DNA from: an uncultured Candidatus Saccharibacteria bacterium
GTDB taxonomy: Bacteria; Patescibacteriota; Saccharimonadia; Saccharimonadales; AWTP1-31
Direction of reading: 5' to 3'
Length of the DNA stretch: 64,000 bases
Assembly: GCA_964536985.1 (NCBI GenBank)
Contig: CAZIBG010000002.1
Location: 18,738-82,737 of the forward strand
The notes under the pieces were generated by a model, which saw only the letters and a list, made by a program, of their open reading frames with translations, was not told where the DNA came from and searched no databases. The translations under genes and the position numbers were made by a program. Below are positions 56,509 through 64,000 of the stretch, piece after piece; within the stretch, counting starts at the first letter, position 1, and the number at the start of each line of letters is the position of its first letter.

Positions 56509-56994
56509 TTATAGTTTATCAAAATTCGAGGTCTTCTTAAAGTGCTTGAGCATCATGATAGTAGTCTTACTCAGAGGAACTGACCTCAATTGGTCGATGG
56601 GCTGCCAAGTGTATTCTGCTATCTCATGCGCTTGCACGCGAACCTGCGGACGAGATTCAAGAGTGGCCGAGTAACCTACGATGTGGGCCGAGAACCCATT
56701 GCTTTGTGAACGGAAATCACCAAGGTAGACTAACTGCTCGGCCTCTAGGATTATACCCGTTTCTTCCGTAACTTCGCGAACTGCTCCGTGCAGGGCAGGC
56801 TCGCGTCGCTTTAGTCCGCCACCGGGAAGTTTCCAACTACCCGTCCCAAGCCAATCCTTTACCAGGAGCACGGCATTGTTTTGGATTATGATAACTCTTG
56901 TACGCGGCGGAGAGACATGAATGACCAACCAAATTCCCGGCCACGTTAGGTAAAAGAACACTTTTCCTGCTAAGCTAAACAATCTGCGCTTCAA
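56509..56994 (-). CDS. NUDIX hydrolase
   Basis: Nudix box GGGLKRREPALHGAVREVTEETGI. Confidence 0.8.
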   Translation of the reverse strand: MKRRLFSLAGKVFFYLTWPGIWLVIHVSPPRTRVIIIQNNAVLLVKDWLGTGSWKLPGGGLKRREPALHGAVREVTEETGIILEAEQLVYLGDFRSQSNGFSAHIVGYSATLESRPQVRVQAHEIAEYTWQPIDQLRSVPLSKTTIMMLKHFKKTSNFDKL

Positions 56995-59195
56995 AGCTTT
57001 TCCAGCGGTGCAAATGCCACGTTAAGTTTTTTAGATCCCTTGCCTTTAAAATAGATAACCGCGCTATCGCCGTCAATCTCCATTACCTGACCCTCACCAA
57101 AAACGGTATGTCTGACAGAATCTCCTTCGTTAAGCTCAACAACATATCTTGGCTCATCACTTACGGGGTGGTTGAATGCATTGGGATCAGGTGCAGATGC
57201 CGTTTGATTATACCGGTCATAGCCATTCATCATAGCCGAATTACTATAGATATCATTATTACCTTTGTCCTGGAATTCGCCGTCTATCTCACTCAGGAAG
57301 CGAGAGGGAGGATTGTGCTGTACGCCGCCGTATAATACTCGGCTACTTGCGTAAAGCATGTGCAGCTCTTCGCGCGCTCTCGTCATGCCGACATAACAAA
57401 GCCTGCGCTCTTCTTCCATTTCGTGCTGATCATAAAGGGCCCGGGAATGGGGAAATATAGTCTCTTCCATTCCTACCATAAAGACTGCGGGGAACTCTAG
57501 ACCTTTGGCCGAGTGAAGCGTCATGAGTGTAACAACGTTGCTTCCAAACTCAACATTGTCTAGATCGCTTACCAGGGCAACTTCTTCTAGGAACCCGTCC
57601 AAACCAACATCCTGGTACTCCTGAGCAACACTAATAAGTTCCTGAACATTCTCTTGGCGTGACTCGCCCTGTGCTGTCCCATCATCCAGAAAATGAAGAT
57701 AATCGATGCGACGTATCAATGAATCAATTAGACCAGCTACGGTTGAGTCGTCTAACACTGCTCGTAAGCTAACCAGCACGTCACCAAGCTCGCTCAGTGC
57801 CTTGCGAGCCTTGGGTGTCACCACCGAGCACTGTTCTGACTGCACAAGCGCCTGATTAAGTGTCAGGCCTTGTGCGGTTTGCCACCCAAAAAAGTTTTCT
57901 AAAGATTTCTTGCCGATACCACGCGCCGGTACGTTGACAATACGTTCAAAGCTGACTCGATCTTCTGGCTGAAAAACTAAACGTAAATAGGCCATTAGAT
58001 CTTTGACCTCTTTGCGATCATAAAATCGCTGACCGCCAACAATGCGGTAAGGGATACCGTAGTGAACAAAGGCTTCTTCTATGGAACGGCTTTGTGCGTT
58101 AGTGCGGTACAGAACGGCAAAGTCTTTATATTGCCGCAATCCACTGTCGACGCCGTTGCGGACACGCCGTACAACGGCTTCGCCTTCGGCTCGTTCGCCG
58201 TTTACTTGGGAAATCTTAACATGTTGACCATCACCCGCGGCTGTCCAGAGTTTCTTATCACTTCGTTGAGCATTCTTGGTAATGATGGCGTGTGCCGCAT
58301 CAAGAATATGTTTGGTACTTCGATAGTTCTGCTCCAATTTAATAACCGTACAGTTTGGATAGTCACTTTCGAACCTTAAGATATTGCGGAAATCTGCTCC
58401 GCGCCAACTATAAATCGATTGCCAGTCATCGCCAACCACTGCCAAGTTGTTATGGTCGGCCGTTAGCAGCTTAACTAACTGATACTGTGCGCTGTTGGTG
58501 TCCTGGTACTCGTCGATCATGATGTACTTAAACTGAGCTTGCCACTTTTCTCGGATCTCTTGATTGTTTTTAAGCATGTTGACGGTCTTAGCAATAAGAT
58601 CATCAAAATCTAATGCCCCTGCATCCTTAAGTGCTTTTTCATAAGCGGGATAGACTTGTGCCGCGGCCATAGCAGCCGGCCCACTGGCAGTACTAGAATA
58701 CTGACTTGGCCCGATCATTTCGTTCTTTGCACTACTGATCATTCCGCTAACCATCCTGGCCGGAAAAAGTTTTTCGTCTATGTGTAATTCTCGACTGGCT
58801 CGCTTAATAGCAGTTTGCCTATCTGATTCATCAAAGATAACAAAAGTTCTAGGTAATCCAGCATACTCGCTATCCTGACGAAGCAAGCGAACACATATAG
58901 AGTGAAATGTCCCCATGTATGGCATAAATGAGCGATTCTGGGCATTCTCGCCCAGTAACTTAGCAACACGCTCACGCATTTCTTTAGCAGCCTTATTGGT
59001 AAAAGTAACCGATAAGATGTTATACGGAGTGGCTTTGTGACTTGAAATAATATGGGCAATACGGTGCGTCAGCACCATAGTTTTACCGCTCCCTGCCCCA
59101 GCCTGAATCAACAGAGGTCCTTCGGTAGTTTGGACGGCACGTTTTTGCTCGGGGTTTAACCCTTCTAGTAGATCTGTTTTTGCTTCAAAAGGCAT
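56991..59195 (-). CDS. pcrA: ATP-dependent DNA helicase PcrA/UvrD (SF1)
   Basis: 734 aa with Walker A AGAGSGKT, DEYQDTN and other UvrD-family motifs. Confidence 0.9.
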   Translation of the reverse strand: MPFEAKTDLLEGLNPEQKRAVQTTEGPLLIQAGAGSGKTMVLTHRIAHIISSHKATPYNILSVTFTNKAAKEMRERVAKLLGENAQNRSFMPYMGTFHSICVRLLRQDSEYAGLPRTFVIFDESDRQTAIKRASRELHIDEKLFPARMVSGMISSAKNEMIGPSQYSSTASGPAAMAAAQVYPAYEKALKDAGALDFDDLIAKTVNMLKNNQEIREKWQAQFKYIMIDEYQDTNSAQYQLVKLLTADHNNLAVVGDDWQSIYSWRGADFRNILRFESDYPNCTVIKLEQNYRSTKHILDAAHAIITKNAQRSDKKLWTAAGDGQHVKISQVNGERAEGEAVVRRVRNGVDSGLRQYKDFAVLYRTNAQSRSIEEAFVHYGIPYRIVGGQRFYDRKEVKDLMAYLRLVFQPEDRVSFERIVNVPARGIGKKSLENFFGWQTAQGLTLNQALVQSEQCSVVTPKARKALSELGDVLVSLRAVLDDSTVAGLIDSLIRRIDYLHFLDDGTAQGESRQENVQELISVAQEYQDVGLDGFLEEVALVSDLDNVEFGSNVVTLMTLHSAKGLEFPAVFMVGMEETIFPHSRALYDQHEMEEERRLCYVGMTRAREELHMLYASSRVLYGGVQHNPPSRFLSEIDGEFQDKGNNDIYSNSAMMNGYDRYNQTASAPDPNAFNHPVSDEPRYVVELNEGDSVRHTVFGEGQVMEIDGDSAVIYFKGKGSKKLNVAFAPLEKL

Positions 59196-59234
59196 CTATC
59201 TATTGTACCTCAGATACCGTCGCAGGCTCTTGGA

Positions 59235-60410
59235 TTATTTGTTCAGCTTGAATGACTTGAGCATCTCGGTCACGCGGGCCAGATCTTGCTCGCTGAGCTT
59301 TGTAGCTTGCAAATCTTTATCGACAATCTTGATGTCTACGTATGCATCTTCGCCAAGTGTAAATGAGGTCAGCCCCAGATAGGCACCCATTTCGGACTTA
59401 CCGATTTCTGGCTTAATTTCTCCCTCTGCAGTGGTCGTCCCCTTTTGTGTGACTTCGATTCCTGCGAGAGTATACGGTTCAGTATCCTTGGAGCCCATGT
59501 ATTGATAGGTGCTCAGATAATAATGAACACTTGATGGCCTTCGGCGGCTTTCCGGGAAATTAGCATCAGGCAGTTGTTCGTAGCTGAGAAGTTTGTATGA
59601 ACTACAGAAGTTGCCAGCTTTAAACGGCACATCTTTGGCCTTTGGCGTACAATCACCGCCTCTGCCACCAGGATTAACATTAAATAACAAACTTTGAGTA
59701 CTATTGATGGCAAACGTTAATGTTCCGAGTATTTCTTTGCTATTAAATTCGCTGAGCTCTTTAGAACTATCCAGCTCAGTCGCTTCCCAATCATAAGCAT
59801 TGGTTACCGAGAAATTACCGACTTTACTGGTATACAGCTTTGAGTCAGTCTTTGCTGCGGGCGAAGTTGCAGCTGGCAGGTCATTTGCTGTCGCTGTTTT
59901 AGCATCATTAGCTGACTTATCTTGATCCTTCTTCCACAAGAAGTAGCCACCAGCCGCAGCAGCGATTAAAAGTATAACCAAGAATATAGCTACGAACTTC
60001 TTCTTACCCTTGCCATGGCTGCCGACGTGCCCAAAGAAAGCCTCTTGATGGCTCAACTTATGCACCGGCTCAGATACATTAGCTGTTTGTGGAGAAGGTG
60101 CAGGAACGGTAGGTATGAGAGCTTCCAACTTTTCTTCAAAATCTGTTACCGGGGCGGGTGGAGCCGTTGGCTCGGCAACTTGTTCTGGTTGAGCTTCTGG
60201 CTCGGGCGCTACAGGTGGGGGTGCGATTGGATTGCTTGGCGCAGCTGGCGCGAACATCGGATCGGATGTAACTGGTTGGTTTGAGGTTATAGTAGATCGA
60301 CTATTCGGAGCAGCTGGTGCGGTTCCGGGTTTACTGATATCAAAAAATCGTTTTGGTCCGTCCATTACTGTTCTCCCCTTTCGGTTTGTAGTCGATATGC
60401 TGCGTCGCAA
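59235..60410 (-). CDS. Hypothetical Pro-rich protein with one TM segment
   Basis: 391 aa with a low-complexity PAPAP region and TM (FVAIFLVILLIAAAAGGYFLW). Confidence 0.45.
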   Translation of the reverse strand: MRRSISTTNRKGRTVMDGPKRFFDISKPGTAPAAPNSRSTITSNQPVTSDPMFAPAAPSNPIAPPPVAPEPEAQPEQVAEPTAPPAPVTDFEEKLEALIPTVPAPSPQTANVSEPVHKLSHQEAFFGHVGSHGKGKKKFVAIFLVILLIAAAAGGYFLWKKDQDKSANDAKTATANDLPAATSPAAKTDSKLYTSKVGNFSVTNAYDWEATELDSSKELSEFNSKEILGTLTFAINSTQSLLFNVNPGGRGGDCTPKAKDVPFKAGNFCSSYKLLSYEQLPDANFPESRRRPSSVHYYLSTYQYMGSKDTEPYTLAGIEVTQKGTTTAEGEIKPEIGKSEMGAYLGLTSFTLGEDAYVDIKIVDKDLQATKLSEQDLARVTEMLKSFKLNK

Positions 60411-61192
60411 ATACCACTAAACTTTTCATAATTTAGACTTGCGCTGCCAATGAGTGCGCCATCACAGCCTTCCAACTCTAGGTATCCCCGTACTATCTGG
60501 TTATCGACACTTCCTCCATATAATAAGCGGAATGCTTTGGCGGCAGATGGACCATACAAGTCTTTAACCTGTGCTCGGATGAAGTTAAGTGTTTCCTGGA
60601 CGTCGCTCGGCTTAGCCAAAGTGCCCCCGAATGTACTGATAGCCCAGACGGGCTCGTAGGCAATAACCAATTCCTTAACTTGTGATGAAGTTACGTTGCT
60701 GAGAGCCGTTACGATCTGGTCGTGCAATACCTGGCGAGTCTCGCCTGCTTTATGTTCAACTTCAGTTTCTCCGATACAAATGATAGGTGTTATATCATTC
60801 CTTAAAGCGGCAGCAACTTTATCACGGACAACTTCGAGCGTTTCTCCAAAGTAAATCCTTCGCTCAGAGTGACCTATAATTACGTAATGCACCAAGTCTT
60901 GCAGCATCGTGAAAGACACTTCGCCCGTAAAAGCACCCTCGTCTTTGTGATATGCATTTTGAGCCGCTAGCCGAAATTTACGGCGGTCAATCTGGACACT
61001 CATCGGTTGCAAAGACAACATGCTTGGAGCTAGTACTAGCTCGATATCTCGACGAATTCGAATACGTTCATGCAGCCGGTGCACGAGCAAGCTGGATTGC
61101 TGCACGTTGAGATGCATTTTCCAATTTCCCACCAAGAGTATTTTTCTATCTGTCATAATGCTTATGTTACACCCAGTATAGAATAGATGCAC
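60365..61192 (-). CDS. tpiA: Triosephosphate isomerase
   Basis: TIM motifs LLVGNWKMH and IAYEPVWAI. The true start is probably Met13 at 61156. Confidence 0.9.
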   Translation of the reverse strand: MHLFYTGCNISIMTDRKILLVGNWKMHLNVQQSSLLVHRLHERIRIRRDIELVLAPSMLSLQPMSVQIDRRKFRLAAQNAYHKDEGAFTGEVSFTMLQDLVHYVIIGHSERRIYFGETLEVVRDKVAAALRNDITPIICIGETEVEHKAGETRQVLHDQIVTALSNVTSSQVKELVIAYEPVWAISTFGGTLAKPSDVQETLNFIRAQVKDLYGPSAAKAFRLLYGGSVDNQIVRGYLELEGCDGALIGSASLNYEKFSGICDAAYRLQTERGEQ

Positions 61193-61208
61193 TAAAGTAG
61201 AAAGTACT

Positions 61209-61934
61209 TTAACTAACGCTATATGAGATACGTAAGGTTTCTGGTCCGGCCTTAATCTTACGAATTACTTCGGGTCCAATATCACGAAGCTTGGCAACAT
61301 GTGTTCCGCCGCATGGTACGCCAAAGTCGCCATATAATACGACTCGGCTTGGCTTGTCCTTTGGCAAGTAGTCGGGCACATGTCTACACAAATTAGCCAT
61401 CTCTTCCTTAGACACAAATTTAATCGTGGTTGATATGTCTCGTTCTTGGATCTCGGCAATTTTATCTGAAAGCTTTTTAATTACGTCATCCTTTTCCTCA
61501 TTCCCCAAGGACCCTAAGTATTCTACGTATGAGCCTTCAGGAAAGTGATAACCCTTGCCCGGAATCCAGTCATATCCTAGTTCGTTAACAGCCATATCGA
61601 GCAAGTGGCCACCAGAGTGGACACGAGTGTTGAGCTCACGTCGCTCACGATCTACACTGCAGGTAACATCTTCGCCGGTCATAAATGGCTGACCCTCGAA
61701 TCGCCCGATGTGATGGACGATCCCTTCTGCAAACCTGACCTCTTCAACTAAAAATTTGGTTGATCCAGCAGTTATGATCCCGGTGTCGTAGGGCTGTCCA
61801 CCACCCTGTGGGTAAAAAACAGTCTGATCAAGAAAAACAACTGTTTTGCCATCTTTTTGCTCGACGGCCTCAACAAACGCCTCGCATTCTAGTTGTTGCA
61901 TATCTTCCATGTACAGTAGTTTGGTGTGTTCCAT
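61209..61934 (-). CDS. alaX: Alanyl-tRNA editing protein AlaX (AlaX-M type, stand-alone editing domain)
   Basis: 241 aa with HSGGHLL and CGGTHV zinc-binding editing-domain motifs. Confidence 0.75.
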   Translation of the reverse strand: MEHTKLLYMEDMQQLECEAFVEAVEQKDGKTVVFLDQTVFYPQGGGQPYDTGIITAGSTKFLVEEVRFAEGIVHHIGRFEGQPFMTGEDVTCSVDRERRELNTRVHSGGHLLDMAVNELGYDWIPGKGYHFPEGSYVEYLGSLGNEEKDDVIKKLSDKIAEIQERDISTTIKFVSKEEMANLCRHVPDYLPKDKPSRVVLYGDFGVPCGGTHVAKLRDIGPEVIRKIKAGPETLRISYSVS

Positions 61935-61982
61935 AGTTTCTCCGTTTGATTAATGTAAGTATACCAGTGCTACACTACTGAT

Positions 61983-62456
61983 ATGAAACCAAACGAATCT
62001 TCAGATATCCACATAAAATCAAGTCGAATAGTATATGGGAGTCGTTTTCTGATTGCGATTTGCATGCTGAGTGTCGCGGGTTATTTCTTTTTCAGAGACA
62101 ACCCTGATTTGTTCTTTGCTGTCATGTATGCAGGTACTGGATTCTTTTTATTAATCGTATCTGCACTGAGTAAACGAGTCTTCGTTAGAAGTAAGGGTGA
62201 AAAATTAATAGTTCAAACCCTAATGACACAACGTGCTGTTGATATCAGCAAACTAACCGATGCTAGCTTTCTGCCGGGTAGAAATGGTGGATTAATAATA
62301 TTGAAGAATTCCGACAATCAAGTACTTAAGATTGTCACTATTTTTAGCAAAATAGACACTGTTGATCTGTTTAGATACTTACAAACCTACGTTACAAAGC
62401 CTGGTGTTGCTCGAAATAGTGCATACGACCAAAGAGTGGCTAAACTCGGTATTTAA
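61983..62456 (+). CDS. Hypothetical membrane protein
   Basis: 157 aa with two N-terminal TM helices. Confidence 0.4.
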   Translation: MKPNESSDIHIKSSRIVYGSRFLIAICMLSVAGYFFFRDNPDLFFAVMYAGTGFFLLIVSALSKRVFVRSKGEKLIVQTLMTQRAVDISKLTDASFLPGRNGGLIILKNSDNQVLKIVTIFSKIDTVDLFRYLQTYVTKPGVARNSAYDQRVAKLGI

Positions 62457-63739
62457 GCGTCTTGGAGCGCTTCGACACCTGGAAGTTTTTTACCGGACAT
62501 CAGTTCAAGGCCTGCACCTCCACCTGTTGAAACGTGATCAAAGCTATCGGTTAACTTACGCGATTCAACGTAACCAACCGTATCGCCTCCGCCCACAACG
62601 CTGAAGGGTCTATGGCCATACGTACCGAGGATTGCGTCGACAAGTATTTCGGTTCCATGGGCGAATGGTCCAACTGGACCGTGCACGGCTTTAGTTTCCG
62701 TAACACCCAATGCGCCGTTCCAGATAACCGTATTTGCTAGCTGTAAGCTTCCTGCAACAAAAGCTCCAGAGAAAGGGCCAATATCCAAAATCATCTCGTC
62801 GGCCTGGATTTGGCTGGCTTTGCGTGGAGGCTTTCCGGGGTAACTTTCGACGTCGGCGATTACATGGGCATCCCAGTCAACAATACGAGTAGTAGTTTTG
62901 GAGTCTATTTTGCTAGAGACAATTCCGTCCTGAGGTAGGTAGAACACAAAGGGTCGCTTCTTAGCCTCTTTGCGGGCGGCGTCCATAATTTCGCGGGCCA
63001 ACGGAAGATCTTCTTTATCTACCAGGCTTTTGCCTACTTCGATTCCTTCGGCAAGCAGAAAGGTGTTAGCCATAGCACCACCAACAATCACAAAGTCAGC
63101 AATGGTTATAAACTTATTGAGGATTCCGATTTTGTCGGCAATCTTAGCGCCTCCGACCACAGCTAGTAGTGGACGCTGAGGCTTAGCCATAACATTGGTA
63201 ATGGTATCTACTTCTTTCTCGAGAAGTAATCCTGCAACGCTTGGCAGGAACTTAGTAACTGCGCTAGTGCTGGCATGCGCTCGGTGCACTACACCAAACC
63301 CATCTTGCACAAATATGTCGGCATAACTTGCCAGCCTTTTAGCGAAGTCAGCGTTATTAGCTTCTTCTTCTGGATGGTACCGGAGGTTTTCTAGCATTAA
63401 GACCTCGCCGGCCTTAAGTTTAGTAGCGGCGATAATAGTGTCGTCCGCTACGCAGTCATCAGCAAATTGCACGGGCACATCGAGTAGCTTAGACAATCGC
63501 TTAGCAACTGGTTTAAGCGAACAGCTTTTGTCGTTTGGCCCCTTAGGTCGTCCAAGATGGCTACAAATAATAACCTTGCAGCCTTGCTTTAATAGATACT
63601 GTACCGTCGGAAGTGACTGAGTAATACGGTAATCGTCGCTAATCGTTCCGTCCGGGTTTACCGGCACATTGTAGTCTGCTCGCAGCAAGACTGTTTTGCC
63701 CTTGATTTCGATGTCACGGATTGTTTTTTTAGTAAACAT
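62453..63739 (-). CDS. pgk: Phosphoglycerate kinase
   Basis: 428 aa with PGK signatures (RADYNVP, SHLGRPKG). Confidence 0.9.
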   Translation of the reverse strand: MFTKKTIRDIEIKGKTVLLRADYNVPVNPDGTISDDYRITQSLPTVQYLLKQGCKVIICSHLGRPKGPNDKSCSLKPVAKRLSKLLDVPVQFADDCVADDTIIAATKLKAGEVLMLENLRYHPEEEANNADFAKRLASYADIFVQDGFGVVHRAHASTSAVTKFLPSVAGLLLEKEVDTITNVMAKPQRPLLAVVGGAKIADKIGILNKFITIADFVIVGGAMANTFLLAEGIEVGKSLVDKEDLPLAREIMDAARKEAKKRPFVFYLPQDGIVSSKIDSKTTTRIVDWDAHVIADVESYPGKPPRKASQIQADEMILDIGPFSGAFVAGSLQLANTVIWNGALGVTETKAVHGPVGPFAHGTEILVDAILGTYGHRPFSVVGGGDTVGYVESRKLTDSFDHVSTGGGAGLELMSGKKLPGVEALQDA

Positions 63740-63784
63740 ATACTTGAATTTTAACCATTAGCGTTTACTTTGACCAGGCCAATC

Positions 63785-63985
63785 TTAAAATGCCGGCCTA
63801 TACCAACCTGCGATTCCAAACACAAAACCACTCGAAACTAAACGCTTTTGAGGCATGCTTAGACAAAATTCACACTGCCCCTCTTCATAGTCTAAATAGC
63901 CAACTCGATAGTAGTAGCCAACTGGCAATGGTATGGTAGTGATCTCCGAGTCATAGCCGTATTTTGTGCGAATCTTTGTATTCAC
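63785..63985 (-). CDS. Small hypothetical ORF near the window edge
   Basis: 66-aa ORF. It is weakly supported and may be spurious. Confidence 0.15.
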   Translation of the reverse strand: MNTKIRTKYGYDSEITTIPLPVGYYYRVGYLDYEEGQCEFCLSMPQKRLVSSGFVFGIAGWYRPAF

Positions 63986-64000
63986 ATTTGAGATTAATGC

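Noticed and set aside
1-64000. CRISPR arrays, rRNA genes, intact tRNA genes
   Set aside because: No regularly spaced short direct repeats and no rRNA- or tRNA-like sequences in the intergenic regions. The only tRNA-like sequence is the 3' fragment at 48500..48532.

Overview
The window is a gene-dense stretch of bacterial chromosome, about 45% GC, with standard-code ORFs and mostly minus-strand housekeeping genes. These include argH, uvrA, obg, alaS, metG, mnmA, tatD, tpiA, pgk, pcrA, rsmA, ftsA, ruvX and mltG, interspersed with many secreted or membrane hypothetical proteins. The gene content looks like a reduced, episymbiont-type (CPR/Saccharibacteria-like) genome: a short 632-aa AlaRS with a stand-alone AlaX, LysM-CHAP and RpfB-like wall enzymes, and -10 boxes abutting start codons; this lineage call is an inference. 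Seven structures are not explained by ordinary annotation. (1) A near-perfect ~4.24-kb tandem duplication carries argH, a GNAT gene and two hypothetical genes. (2) Three tandem ABC exporter genes lie together, with a 19-aa peptide ORF in their longest internal gap. (3) An 85-bp exact direct repeat brackets a three-gene cassette containing two paralogous membrane proteins. (4) An HNH endonuclease cassette is flanked by imperfect direct repeats and a tRNA 3'-end-like fragment, followed by ~450 bp of non-coding DNA. (5) A promoter-to-terminator unit downstream of trhO is a candidate small RNA; its core resembles a motif in the 5' leader of the duplicated secreted-protein gene. (6) A MarR/MFS pair sits beside two paralogous secreted proteins whose N-terminal 37 aa are identical. 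(7) ftsA is followed by a 584-aa acidic protein rather than ftsZ. No CRISPR array, rRNA or intact tRNA gene was found. All functional calls come from reading motifs in the translated ORFs and are not database-verified.
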